This document shows positions 1-10,051 of a stretch of DNA of 64,000 nucleotides, in pieces. The DNA is from Candidatus Heimdallarchaeota archaeon. Its GTDB lineage: Archaea; Asgardarchaeota; Heimdallarchaeia; JABLTI01. Every line of letters begins with the position of its first letter. The stretch's first letter is position 1. The stretch covers positions 64,001-128,000 of the forward strand of contig JABCTZ010000019.1 of NCBI GenBank assembly GCA_018238155.1. Reading direction: 5' to 3'. Below the pieces are notes generated by a model. The model saw only the letters and a program-made list of their open reading frames with translations, searched no databases and was not told the DNA's origin. The position numbers were made by a program, and so were the translations under genes.

Positions 1-235
1 TACTCATTTCTTATCCCACTTATTCAAGTGTTTTTTTCTTTTTAACTGTAATTATTAATCCATCAATATTCTATCCCTTATTTTGAGATATTTTTTTACT
101 GTGTAAATATGTTTGATAGTTATTTTTTACGAATATGCTCTTGTTTTATACTTTATTTTTTTTCGAATCCGAGAGTGTCTATTTTTTCCCTTCGAATGAT
201 TTTTGAATGGTAAATCTTCTAACATCTAGACTACT

Positions 236-1144
236 ATGCATCTTATTGTTTTAGGAAGTATAACCGAGGATGTTATTAAAACACCAAATGGTACTGAGCA
301 AAGACATATTGGTGGAGTTCCTATTTATGCTGCTGCTACTGCCAAAGCTCTAGGAGAGAATATTGGCATTGTCTCTAAAGTTGGTACAGATTTTCCTATT
401 AAAAATCTTAAAACAATCAATTCATTAGATGCTGATTTGAATGGTTTTATGATTTCCGGTCAAACTTCAATGCGGTTTGAAAATAAATACAAAGCATCTG
501 GGAAAAGAACGCAAAAAGTACTTTCGTTTTCAGAGAAAATAACTTTCAAAGATATCCCTGAAATATATTATTCTGTACCATGTATTCACCTCGGTCCTGT
601 TTTTAATGAGATTACTCCTCAATTAATTGATGAAGTTCGAGATATTTTTAAAATCGTTTCTTTAGATGGTCAAGGTTTTACAAGAAGTATAGATAAAGGC
701 AATGGATCCATTGTTCTAAAACCTTGGTTAGATTACAAAGAATATTTCCCAAAATTAGATGTTTTGAAAGTAGATGATATTGAATTGAAAGGAATTACTG
801 GGACAACTCGTCTTAAGGATGCCATTGATCTTGCACTCGCTACTGATCTGAAAACGTTAGTTATTACTCGAGCGCATAAAGGGGCGATTATCTACCATCT
901 TAAGAAACGATATGATATACCTACTATTCAAACAGATGTTGTTGATGCGACAGGCGCAGGTGATGCCTTTATTATTGCATACCTTCTTGAGTATATTATT
1001 ACCAATGACTGTTATTATTCTGGACTGATTGCTGCTGCCGTAGCATCATTTACAATATCATTTTCTGGTCCTGAACCTCAATACACTCGAGATGATGTTA
1101 TTTCTAAATTGAAACAAACACAAACGAATTTTCAGTTGAAATAA
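236..1144 (+). CDS. PfkB/ribokinase-family carbohydrate kinase
   Basis: N-terminal GG motif (HIGGVPIYAA) and C-terminal PfkB signature VVDATGAGDAF. Confidence 0.9.
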   Translation: MHLIVLGSITEDVIKTPNGTEQRHIGGVPIYAAATAKALGENIGIVSKVGTDFPIKNLKTINSLDADLNGFMISGQTSMRFENKYKASGKRTQKVLSFSEKITFKDIPEIYYSVPCIHLGPVFNEITPQLIDEVRDIFKIVSLDGQGFTRSIDKGNGSIVLKPWLDYKEYFPKLDVLKVDDIELKGITGTTRLKDAIDLALATDLKTLVITRAHKGAIIYHLKKRYDIPTIQTDVVDATGAGDAFIIAYLLEYIITNDCYYSGLIAAAVASFTISFSGPEPQYTRDDVISKLKQTQTNFQLK

Positions 1145-1241
1145 TTGCCTTTGTTACCATTATTGTTATATGTTTATTTAGCTATCTTTTTCAAAGAGTT
1201 CTACTCAATGAAAACTAACACAAACGTTTAGGTGTACAATT

Positions 1242-2207
1242 ATGAGTGAAGATTACGATTATCGATTAGAAGATCCCAGTGTTGAACGTATTGATGAATT
1301 TGTTGATACAAAGATTCTTCTAGCAAAATCAAATGTGTCTGATGCAGAAGCTGATACCTTATTCAATAAAGAAAAGGCGGATGTTTTCAAAGGTATTTTC
1401 AAGCGACCAAAATCAAATGAAGTAGTTATTAAAAAAATAACTAAGGGGCTTGAACCATATTTAGTTATAGGTGGACGATATGAAATTCGCTATCTCACTG
1501 AAAGAACATATGATGTTGATTTGTTAGACGATGCAGTTTCAGTCTTTATTTTAGGCGAAGAACTTACAGTTGAAAAAAGTGAAGAAGAAGAAACCGAAGT
1601 TGAAATTAAATCAGAAAAGAAGAAAGGTTTCTTTGATGGACTTTTCAGCAGTGGAAAAAAGAAACCAGCTTCAAAACCCGAGCTTCAAATAAAAGGAATT
1701 GAACATATTTTCTCTGAGAGTGAAATCATGGAAGCAAGGAATTATGCCGGGATTTCAATTAACCCCGAAAACTTAGAAGAAGCTGATTTTACTGATATGG
1801 GTTTACCTTTCTTAAAAGGTGAAGGATCAGTTGTACCAAAAGAATATATCGATATGGACAAATTCATTGCTGAATTAATAGAAGAATTTGCTACTAGACC
1901 AGAACATGCACAAAGAGTTCTTTTTGAAAAACTAGCTTTAACTGATAAGAAAATATACTTTTATCCAGTTTACTGGGCTGAAATGATTTACAAAGATAAA
2001 GATACAAAAAATGTTCGATTAGATGCAGTTACTAAGAAAATCGTTGCTCCAAAAGGAAAACGCTTTGCCCCTCCAATGGATGGATCTTTCTCTCATATTG
2101 AAGAGAGTAGTATAGTAGATGATGGAACAAAAACTTGCCCTGGTTGTGGCGTCGAAATTGATGATGAAATCACTTTTTGTCCAGATTGTGGTGTAAAAGT
2201 AACCTAA
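1242..2207 (+). CDS. Acidic hypothetical protein with C-terminal zinc ribbon
   Basis: C-terminal CPGCG-x10-CPDCG; SD-like AGGTG upstream. Confidence 0.75.
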   Translation: MSEDYDYRLEDPSVERIDEFVDTKILLAKSNVSDAEADTLFNKEKADVFKGIFKRPKSNEVVIKKITKGLEPYLVIGGRYEIRYLTERTYDVDLLDDAVSVFILGEELTVEKSEEEETEVEIKSEKKKGFFDGLFSSGKKKPASKPELQIKGIEHIFSESEIMEARNYAGISINPENLEEADFTDMGLPFLKGEGSVVPKEYIDMDKFIAELIEEFATRPEHAQRVLFEKLALTDKKIYFYPVYWAEMIYKDKDTKNVRLDAVTKKIVAPKGKRFAPPMDGSFSHIEESSIVDDGTKTCPGCGVEIDDEITFCPDCGVKVT

Positions 2208-2270
2208 TTCAATTGTAACATGTTTTATTTTATCGCCCTTTTCTGGGGTAATAAAATATTCCTTTATTTT

Positions 2271-2750
2271 TCAACTCTTTACCTCTAATTCTACAACACC
2301 AACTTTTTCATATAGTTTGAGCATTTTGTATAGATACTGAATACTAGTTTTCCCAATATCACATTTTATTAGCTCAGCAATTTCATCTAGTGTTCTCTTC
2401 CCATCAATCCAAAAAACACCTTATGTAAGAACTGCGTGCATATCTTTATGCTCTTTATCTATTTCTTTCATCTTTTCGAAATCATCTAATGATAGGTCAC
2501 TTAAGCTGAGACCCGTGATTGGTCCTCTAAAAACTCGTTTTGGAATTATTTCCTTAATCTTTTCTTTTTCTAATTTTCTTTGTTTTTCTTTTAGCTTTGG
2601 TTGTATATTCAATGCCAGAATGATAATATCTATCGGACCATTGTATGAACATTGGTGTTCCAATGCCTATGTCTGGATCTCCTAATACTATATGATCTGA
2701 TCCTCCCGAAAATGGTTGATCATTGGCAAATTTGAATAGAGCAGTTACCC
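2271..2750 (-). pseudogene. Degraded paralogue of the DUF4910/M28 peptidase at 10112..12220
   Basis: Minus strand reads FANDQPFSGGSDHIVLGDPDIGIGTPMFIQWSDRYYHSG, then in another frame RGPITGL...VFWIDGKRTLDEIAE. Internal deletion, in-frame TAA at 2421-2423 and a frameshift near 2325. Confidence 0.9.
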
Positions 2751-2921
2751 AGCTTACAGGCAGAGAAGGAATTTGAACAACTAAAGAAGAAAGCTTACTT
2801 ACTCATTAAAGAAGTATATAGGAATGAATTGGTGAGAATAGCCCGTTTGGATCTCTATGCTTACAAGAAGGAACATAGCTCTGGATTCTACTATCAGATT
2901 GATTTAGATGGAGGATTGTGA
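2751..2921 (+). pseudogene. Headless 3' fragment of an unknown gene
   Basis: Open frame SLQAEKEFEQLKKKAYLLIKEVYRNELVRIARLDLYAYKKEHSSGFYYQIDLDGGL* with no start codon at its 5' end; contains the GGAGG SD for the next gene. Confidence 0.5.
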
Positions 2922-2927
2922 GTTAGA

Positions 2928-3458
2928 ATGACAACAATAACACAAGAACAACAGGAACAAGAAGAACAAACAAAACTTGTTACCATTATTCCAGACAAGA
3001 AATTAGACTTACTGACAGTAACATTCTCACAAAACCTCGTCATTGCTGATGACCTTTTCAAAGAAGTGGCAGCATTTTTACCAATATTTGATCAAGACAG
3101 CGATTATAAAATAGTGCTCTCTCTCGAGAGATTTATTGAGTTCATTAAGAAGGAATCAATCCTACCAATTCTTACAAGAGCAGTAGAGGAGTTACAATTA
3201 GAATTCATTGAATATGCTTGGAACTACATTTTGCGAGTAGTAGACCAAGAATTATCACCAATCTATGAAAACATACAACGGTTAATGGTCGAAGGCAAAC
3301 TAACTTTTGAGCAAGAACAACAAGAATTACAGACTTTAGAAAAAATGACTGAAGCAGTAATAGAACGAAAATGTCTCTGGGACATCAGTTTACACACAGT
3401 AGAACGAGCCAACGAATACGAACAAGAACAAAAACAATTGGAGGAAAAGAACAAATGA
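2928..3458 (+). CDS. Hypothetical Glu/Gln-rich protein (island gene 1)
   Basis: GGAGG SD, ATG start, ATGA overlap with next gene. Confidence 0.75.
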   Translation: MTTITQEQQEQEEQTKLVTIIPDKKLDLLTVTFSQNLVIADDLFKEVAAFLPIFDQDSDYKIVLSLERFIEFIKKESILPILTRAVEELQLEFIEYAWNYILRVVDQELSPIYENIQRLMVEGKLTFEQEQQELQTLEKMTEAVIERKCLWDISLHTVERANEYEQEQKQLEEKNK

Positions 3459-3901
3459 CAGACAAAGAATTCTTCCAACTTGATCCAGAAGCACTATTGA
3501 AGAAGTATCAAGCATTACAAAAAAAGAGAACGAGGGTAATAATTCCCTCAAACGTCAATATTCGTTCAATGTTCAAAAATGAACACAAAGATTACTATCA
3601 AAGTTATCTGGAAAGCTTCTATCAAGAAGATCTCAATGAATGGTATCCTGTGAAATCTTGTCTCTTTCCAGACCAAGAACCTCGTGACTTAGACCACTTT
3701 GACGAAGGACACTTTGACCAACCATCCCCGGATATTTATTCACAAGTGAAATCGGAAATTATCCGGGAGAAAGTATCCGAATTACTACATCTATTCGTTG
3801 ATTTCTATACACAAACGATGTTAGACTCGTTCGATAATTTAGTTGACGAGATCATTGCCTTGTTTATGATGAAAATATTTTGGGAGGTAACAAAGAGATG
3901 A
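3455..3901 (+). CDS. Hypothetical protein (island gene 2; start revised to MTDKEFF)
   Basis: ATGA overlap at 3455-3458 with GGAGG upstream. Confidence 0.75.
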   Translation: MTDKEFFQLDPEALLKKYQALQKKRTRVIIPSNVNIRSMFKNEHKDYYQSYLESFYQEDLNEWYPVKSCLFPDQEPRDLDHFDEGHFDQPSPDIYSQVKSEIIREKVSELLHLFVDFYTQTMLDSFDNLVDEIIALFMMKIFWEVTKR

Positions 3902-4668
3902 CAGAAACATTTAGATTAGCTGTTGGATTAGATTTACAATCCTATGTTCTCATTTTCTGTATTGTTGTTGTAGGAGTGGCTCTTTGTATCTTCCTATTCG
4001 TTTCGATCCTCTATTATATCCAAAAAGTCAGTGAGAAGAAAAACAAGGTTCACCAGGACAAATCTATTACTTTGAAAAATGAAATCATTAAACAAACGAT
4101 GACTTTAGAAGAGATGAATGAGAGATTAGCAATATTACAACCAGAGGATTCATTCAATAGAACAATTACTTTGCTTGGTCAGATCATGCCCGACTTCTTG
4201 CGATATTTGAAAATTCGTCCTTTCAATAATTCAGAAGCAAATGACTATTACTATGTCTACTTACAAATCCTCAACCTCTGCATAAACATTATTCCATTGA
4301 GAAGTAAAGTTGATTACAAATCATTCGTTAAAGAATATCAGAAAGAATTACAGCTGATTAACAAGCGTTTCAGAGAAATAGCAAGTCATGAGTGGCTTCG
4401 AGATATGGATGTATGTCTATTTGAAATATACCGATTCGTGTCTCAAAATCAAACGGAAATGGTAGACCTACGAACAGTGCAATTCTTGCTAAATAACAAT
4501 CAGGATCTAATTATTAATCATGTGGATGACAAGACTTTCTATCATCTATCTAAAAAAGATTATAATCAATTTGGAGTAGAACTAAGAGGAGAATTCTTCG
4601 AAAAGAATTACTTTACAGAGAAAAGAGTATTCTATAAGAAGAAAGACCGTTCAGAGTTCTACCATTAA
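3898..4668 (+). CDS. Hypothetical single-TM protein (island gene 3; start revised to MTETFRL)
   Basis: GGGAGGT SD, ATGA overlap at 3898-3901, hydrophobic segment YVLIFCIVVVGVALCIFLFVSILYYI. Confidence 0.75.
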   Translation: MTETFRLAVGLDLQSYVLIFCIVVVGVALCIFLFVSILYYIQKVSEKKNKVHQDKSITLKNEIIKQTMTLEEMNERLAILQPEDSFNRTITLLGQIMPDFLRYLKIRPFNNSEANDYYYVYLQILNLCINIIPLRSKVDYKSFVKEYQKELQLINKRFREIASHEWLRDMDVCLFEIYRFVSQNQTEMVDLRTVQFLLNNNQDLIINHVDDKTFYHLSKKDYNQFGVELRGEFFEKNYFTEKRVFYKKKDRSEFYH

Positions 4669-4920
4669 TTTTTCTTTTTTTAGTTTAGATTCTTCATTGA
4701 AGGAGGTTCAATAAGTTGCAGTGGGTAACAATTACTTGTGATAAATCTGAAAGGATTGTCTCCATTGTTTTCGCAGAGAATCTTGATCCCTTCCTTTCTC
4801 GTTGCCTTTTTATGTTCCTTTCTCTATTTTCTGGTAGGTAATGCTTATGACTAAAACTAATGTTCATGACCTTGTCCACGAGTTAGCGAAAGAAAAAACC
4901 GGAACTTATAAGAAAGAAAC

Positions 4921-5046
4921 ATGGGAGTACTGCTAACTGAATTTAAAAAACATCACAAGAAAACAATAGATAAGAATTTGGTTAAGGAATTGAATTATAT
5001 AAGAAAACACATTAGAAATCCTTTAGTTCATCCAGAAATTTACTAA
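4921..5046 (+). pseudogene. Probable HEPN-domain C-terminal remnant
   Basis: Translates MGVLLTEFKKHHKKTIDKNLVKELNYIRKHIRNPLVHPEIY*, with an R-N-x3-H motif. Confidence 0.45.
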
Positions 5047-5111
5047 TAAAAAGAAATAAGGGAAATAAATTCCCTATTTTTCTATAATATACGGTGGTTT
5101 TTTTTAAATTA

Positions 5112-6044
5112 CTAATTAAACCACGTATAGGATGAATAGTCTTCTTTCTGTGGATATGATGGCCAATCATCCTCAGCGTCATCAAAGTTCACTTTAGCAG
5201 CATTAAAAGCCGCTACAGCAGTATATCCATAATCAACCCAGTAAAAGAAGTCATGTGAAAACCTGCCTTCCATGCCATCACCATAATCATGTCTATAAGA
5301 ATAATTATCCGTATCCGAGGAAGACATGACTAAATAAGGTGTTTCATCAAAATCCTCAGGCCAGCCACCAGATTTACACGAATCGACAAAAAGGAACACC
5401 CTTTCTGCTTCCCAATCGTCTAAGTAACCCTTGAATTCCTCTGAAGTTATATTTTGAGTTTCCATATTATCAAAATCAGTAATTGAATTTCCTCCTGAAT
5501 AGTCTCCGTGTCCCATAACATACACAAATATTGTATCCAAAAAAATTACATAATCAGCTATATCTTCACACTTTCCTTCAACATCATCACAATCAGCAAT
5601 TATTTCGACTATAAATCCTTCATTTTCCAATATCCCTTCATATCGTTCCATAGGACCTTGGTCTGCTGCATTATTTGCATAGAAAAGGTAGGCTAATTTA
5701 TAAGCATCAGCCGTCAATTCGAAATCGTATGTTCCTCCAGTAGTAACAGATTCAATCTCTGTATCAAAACGTTCTCCTCTCATAACATAAAGATAATACG
5801 GTGAATAACCACTAAGAGTTGCAGTGAAGCTGTATTGACCATTGCTATCGGTAGTGTCAGCCCCAAGTATATTTAAAAGGCTGTCATAAAGTACAACACC
5901 AGCACCACTTATTGGAATCTCAGATGGGGTCTCAACTGTACCCTGAAAGGTTTTTAAGCCTTGTACTGCAACAAAAGGTGTAGTAATTCCAACTATAATT
6001 AAGACTATCATAAAAAGACTAATTTCTTTTTTCAATTTTACCAT
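5112..6044 (-). CDS. Secreted clan CD (caspase/legumain-like) cysteine peptidase with N-terminal beta-sandwich domain
   Basis: Signal peptide-like N-terminus; carboxypeptidase-regulatory-like segment (GTVET..PISGAGVVLY..TTDSNGQYSF); dyad motifs VYVMGHG and LFVDSCKSGG; GGAGG SD before ATG 6044. Confidence 0.8.
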   Translation of the reverse strand: MVKLKKEISLFMIVLIIVGITTPFVAVQGLKTFQGTVETPSEIPISGAGVVLYDSLLNILGADTTDSNGQYSFTATLSGYSPYYLYVMRGERFDTEIESVTTGGTYDFELTADAYKLAYLFYANNAADQGPMERYEGILENEGFIVEIIADCDDVEGKCEDIADYVIFLDTIFVYVMGHGDYSGGNSITDFDNMETQNITSEEFKGYLDDWEAERVFLFVDSCKSGGWPEDFDETPYLVMSSSDTDNYSYRHDYGDGMEGRFSHDFFYWVDYGYTAVAAFNAAKVNFDDAEDDWPSYPQKEDYSSYTWFN

Positions 6045-6233
6045 TAACTCTCCTCCTTGATTTATCAAAAATAAATAATGGTTGATTATAATCTGTTTTT
6101 TAAAATTTTAAATCTATTGCATTAAAATTGCGAAAATATCTAATGTAAGAATTAAAATGATCTAAATTATCAATTATATTATTGTTTATAGAAAGTGTTT
6201 TCATTTTTTAGGTAATACAAAGATCATAAGTAG

Positions 6234-7871
6234 TTACTTCCGTTTCTTAGAGAAAATGAGTATGATGACAAGTATGAATGCGATTGTTGGCATAACAGCT
6301 ATGAATACCAAGAAACCATCAACAGGATGAGAAGGGGTAGCAGGTAGGGGAGTATCAACATCGGGTAGGGGGGTATCAACAAATTTCACAATAAACATGT
6401 CACTAAAATCACTGGTTGTATTATCATAAGCATTTAAGGTTGGAAATTCAGTTGACCAAGTTTTACCTATAATATAACAACTGCCATTCTCAGCAGTAGT
6501 AATTCCATAACCCATATCAGTTGAATTCCCACCAAGGTAGGTGCTCCAGAAGAGTGATCCAGTAGAGGAAAATTTCATAACAAAAGTATCATAGCCATGT
6601 GCTTTGGAATCATCATACGCATTGAGAGTGGGAAAATTCTTGGAACCAGTATACCCTACGACATAGCAGCTCCCGTTACTTGTGGTAGCAACATCAGAAC
6701 CACGTTCGCCACTACTTCCGCCAAGGAAAGAGCTCCAGAGAAACGAACCATTAGAATCAAACTTGGCAAGAAATGCATCACCGCCCCTCCCATAGGTGTT
6801 GTTATACCCATGTTGTGTCGGAAAATCAGGTGAAGCAGTATAACCTGTGACATAACAGCTGCCATCACTTGCAGTAGTAATGCCCAACGCTTCATCCCAA
6901 TAAATCCCACCAAAGTAGGTACTCCAGAGCAAGGAACCATTCTTGGCAAACTTCGAAAGATAGACATCCCAGTCACCATTCTGGGTAGTATCATAAGCGT
7001 TCTGTGTCGGAAAATCAGGTGATGAAGTAAAACCTGTAATATAGCAGCTTCCATCACTGGTCACAGTAATCCCATATCCCACATCAATTCTGTTCCCACC
7101 AACGTAAGAACTCCACAGAAGGGTACCATTCGAAGCAAATTTGGTAAGAAAGATGTCTTTACTACCACCATTATACGTACTCTCATAGGCATTGAGAGTG
7201 GGAAAATCGCTGGATGTGGTTTCTCCTGTAACATAACAGCTCCCATCAGTCGCAACAGCTATACTATGCCCAATATCCAAGTCACCCCCACCACCAAGGT
7301 AGGTACTCCAGAGTAATGAGCCATTTGCTGCGAACTTGGCAACAAACGCATCAGTTAAACCTCCGTTAAATGTATTATCAAAAGCATTTTTGGTTGGAAA
7401 ATCGCTGGATGTTGTTTCTCCTGTTACATAACAGCTTCCATCACTCGCAACAGCTATGCTACGCGCAACGTCAACCATACCTCCCCCTCCAAGGTAAGTA
7501 CTCCAAAGCAGTGAATTATTACTTGCAAATTTCGTTATTATCGCATCATTGCTACCATTCAAAGTATTATCATATGCATTTTTGGTTGGAAAGTCGCTGG
7601 ATTTGCTTTGCCCTGTGACGTAATAGCTTCCATCGTTAGTCACAGCAATACCTTCTCCATTTTCCCCTCCAGCTTCACCACCAAGGAAGGTGCTATAATT
7701 CAGCTTAGGATAAATAGCTGGTAAAGTTTCAGAACAAGTTACTGTGTGAATAGGATCAAAAGGAAATTTTAGTTGAGGTATTGAAAAAAGTATTATACTA
7801 ATAAGAAGAACAATGCCCAAACGGTTGAGAACCAACCGAAAAGATTTTACCACACAAATCCCCATTAACAT
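6234..7871 (-). CDS. SBBP-repeat beta-propeller surface protein with C-terminal TM anchor
   Basis: Seven repeats of WSTYLGG..D.G..IAV.SDGSCYVTG.T.S.DFPT.NAYD; N-terminal hydrophobic segment; C-terminal TM plus KKRK. Confidence 0.9.
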   Translation of the reverse strand: MLMGICVVKSFRLVLNRLGIVLLISIILFSIPQLKFPFDPIHTVTCSETLPAIYPKLNYSTFLGGEAGGENGEGIAVTNDGSYYVTGQSKSSDFPTKNAYDNTLNGSNDAIITKFASNNSLLWSTYLGGGGMVDVARSIAVASDGSCYVTGETTSSDFPTKNAFDNTFNGGLTDAFVAKFAANGSLLWSTYLGGGGDLDIGHSIAVATDGSCYVTGETTSSDFPTLNAYESTYNGGSKDIFLTKFASNGTLLWSSYVGGNRIDVGYGITVTSDGSCYITGFTSSPDFPTQNAYDTTQNGDWDVYLSKFAKNGSLLWSTYFGGIYWDEALGITTASDGSCYVTGYTASPDFPTQHGYNNTYGRGGDAFLAKFDSNGSFLWSSFLGGSSGERGSDVATTSNGSCYVVGYTGSKNFPTLNAYDDSKAHGYDTFVMKFSSTGSLFWSTYLGGNSTDMGYGITTAENGSCYIIGKTWSTEFPTLNAYDNTTSDFSDMFIVKFVDTPLPDVDTPLPATPSHPVDGFLVFIAVMPTIAFILVIILIFSKKRK

Positions 7872-7920
7872 ACTAACTCAAACATCTATAAATTTTGCTA
7901 CCAGTGAAAAGAAAAATAAA

Positions 7921-8328
7921 TTGTTAGAAATCTGTGGACAATCTTGTAATAATGGACATTGTAATGGTTTTGCTTTTAGTAGGTATAGATTACCCCGTTT
8001 AAAGACTCATGAATTAGAGGGATTAATAGAAGAGAAACAATTCTTCTCATTTTGTTTTCGAGAAGTGAAACAGAAGAAAGATTTTCCGTGTGCGTTACTA
8101 TACTATCTTGGTCATTTAATTGATAATCGAATTATAGATATTGTTAAAGCTCAAATGATTTTGGAGGAAGGTTTAGTTTTCTTTTCAGAACAGAATCATT
8201 TAGAGAAAGAACGTGAAAGCATTAGAAAAAATCTCTCCACTTCTCCATCCGAGAGTCCTTATGGTCTTGATAATGAATTAGAGAAAGATGATTTCAATGT
8301 TGAGGAGTTTGATGATTTTGAGTGGTAG
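7921..8328 (+). CDS. Hypothetical protein, start uncertain or 5'-truncated
   Basis: Open frame with acidic C-terminus overlapping the next gene; the longer ORF call overlaps the SBBP gene start. Confidence 0.5.
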   Translation: MLEICGQSCNNGHCNGFAFSRYRLPRLKTHELEGLIEEKQFFSFCFREVKQKKDFPCALLYYLGHLIDNRIIDIVKAQMILEEGLVFFSEQNHLEKERESIRKNLSTSPSESPYGLDNELEKDDFNVEEFDDFEW

Positions 8329-9340
8329 ATTTTTCGAAGAAAAACATAGGGAATTATTCATTCGAAAATGCCCTCGACCTGCAAGAGAACCTTATACTAA
8401 ATGTCTCTATAATATCTGGAAAGAGTTGATTGATGATCTTCAGGCAATAGACCAAGATTTGGAGAAGGTTATACGAGGAAGGAAAGGAAACAGAGAAGTT
8501 GATCCTTTACTACTAAATGATATTCTACAAGATTTAGAAGTGAAAGTTAGAGAACGATTATTAGAAACAAAAAAGGGAATTGATTTCCTTGAACAAGAAG
8601 GCATAAATGGACTAAAGATGGTTGTCTATTGTGTGCTTAACTGTGGAAAATTGGTTTCTGGTTTCTATAAGAAAAGTAACAAAATCAGTGAAATGAAATT
8701 GGCACTTTTGCACGAGGTAATCATCTATTATTATCTTAAAGGAGATAATAACGTTAGTAATAGTACTATCCAACAATATGAGAAAATGATTGAGAAACGA
8801 AAGAAACTGAAAAAAGAGGGGAAATTAAAGAAAAGAGACCCAGTAGATTTGTCTGTTTTCAAAGAAGTAGAGGAATATGAAACTAACAAAGATACCAAAA
8901 ATACTATTCTTAACGCTTGGGATGATTTCTCAAAGAGAGACGACAAACCGATGTTAGAGAAAATAGAACAAAGAGACGAATTAGAAGATAAGGTCGAATC
9001 TTTAGAAGAGAATATTCTTGATATTGAATCACTCTTAGATTTTAATTTTACTCAAATATTAGAAGGAGATGAAGAATTGACAGATGTTTTACTGGATTTT
9101 TGTCCCAAAGGAGAACGACAAGATTTTACTTGTGAAGTAGATAATGAATTTTACAATCTTGTGTCAACAAGATTAATCCATTCTTTTCTGAAGAATACAG
9201 AATTATTCAAAGAGATAGATTTGACAGCAGAGTGTCTTGTAGAAGAAAAACCAGATGTCACTAAACTTCGAAGGAAAGTAGACTTGTATATTCGAAGGTA
9301 CGGAAAACATTGGGACTGGACTCCAGAATTAAAGAATTAG
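8312..9340 (+). CDS. Hypothetical helical protein (island)
   Basis: Long ORF; GAGGAG SD at 8302-8307; no recognised motif. Confidence 0.75.
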   Translation: MILSGRFFEEKHRELFIRKCPRPAREPYTKCLYNIWKELIDDLQAIDQDLEKVIRGRKGNREVDPLLLNDILQDLEVKVRERLLETKKGIDFLEQEGINGLKMVVYCVLNCGKLVSGFYKKSNKISEMKLALLHEVIIYYYLKGDNNVSNSTIQQYEKMIEKRKKLKKEGKLKKRDPVDLSVFKEVEEYETNKDTKNTILNAWDDFSKRDDKPMLEKIEQRDELEDKVESLEENILDIESLLDFNFTQILEGDEELTDVLLDFCPKGERQDFTCEVDNEFYNLVSTRLIHSFLKNTELFKEIDLTAECLVEEKPDVTKLRRKVDLYIRRYGKHWDWTPELKN

Positions 9341-9433
9341 TTCATTCTCTGTACTATCTGTCATTTAGTTCGACATATTGTTCTTTTATCCAAGCTTGAT
9401 AAAAAGCAAGGTGTAGAGGTTTTCTTTAAGTAT

Positions 9434-10051
9434 ATGGGTGAAATTTACGAACTTGATCAAGATACTGTTTTGAAGAAACAAAAAGATGCGTTGGAGTTTT
9501 TCAAGGTAGAGGGAGAACTACAAAAAGCTTCCCGAGAGAAAATGACTCATTCTCCTTTACCGCAAAATTTTAGAATAGAAGAAACGAAAGAATTTTTTGA
9601 GAAAGTTGCTGTAACAATAGACTATGATAAGTTTACACCTGAGGAGATAGTTGATAAGAGAAGTATCGCTAAAAGTTTGTTAGGAATTACTGAGAATGGA
9701 AATTCGGATTGGATTAAAAACAAAACAAAAATCTGGAAGAAAGAAGTCGAATTACGACAATTTTTGGCATTAGAGATATTGGACGGAATGGATGGTTTAA
9801 GTAAAAAAGAAAAATCGGTTATTCGACAAGAAGAAAAGAGCTCTGAGCAGTCAGTTATCCACGATGAACAAGTAAAACAATATAAGATAAAGTGTGATGA
9901 ATGTAAGAAAACGATTGATTTTGATGTGTGTGGTAAGAATTCGAAAATTATTTTAGATAATATAAACAGGTCTAGAAAAGACCTTCAGCGGCTTTGGAGA
10001 GAACGAGAAGATTTGAGACCGTGTATAGCAAACGAACTACTAAGAAAATAA
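9434..10051 (+). CDS. Hypothetical protein with C-terminal CxxC (island)
   Basis: 205-aa ORF; KCDECKK..VCGK. Confidence 0.7.
   Translation: MGEIYELDQDTVLKKQKDALEFFKVEGELQKASREKMTHSPLPQNFRIEETKEFFEKVAVTIDYDKFTPEEIVDKRSIAKSLLGITENGNSDWIKNKTKIWKKEVELRQFLALEILDGMDGLSKKEKSVIRQEEKSSEQSVIHDEQVKQYKIKCDECKKTIDFDVCGKNSKIILDNINRSRKDLQRLWREREDLRPCIANELLRK

Noticed and set aside
1-7. Minus-strand gene start (ATG at 7) leaving the window
   Set aside because: Only two codons visible; cannot be supported
2421-2663. 80-aa ORF as a real gene
   Set aside because: It is a chimeric frame across the deletion junction of the peptidase pseudogene
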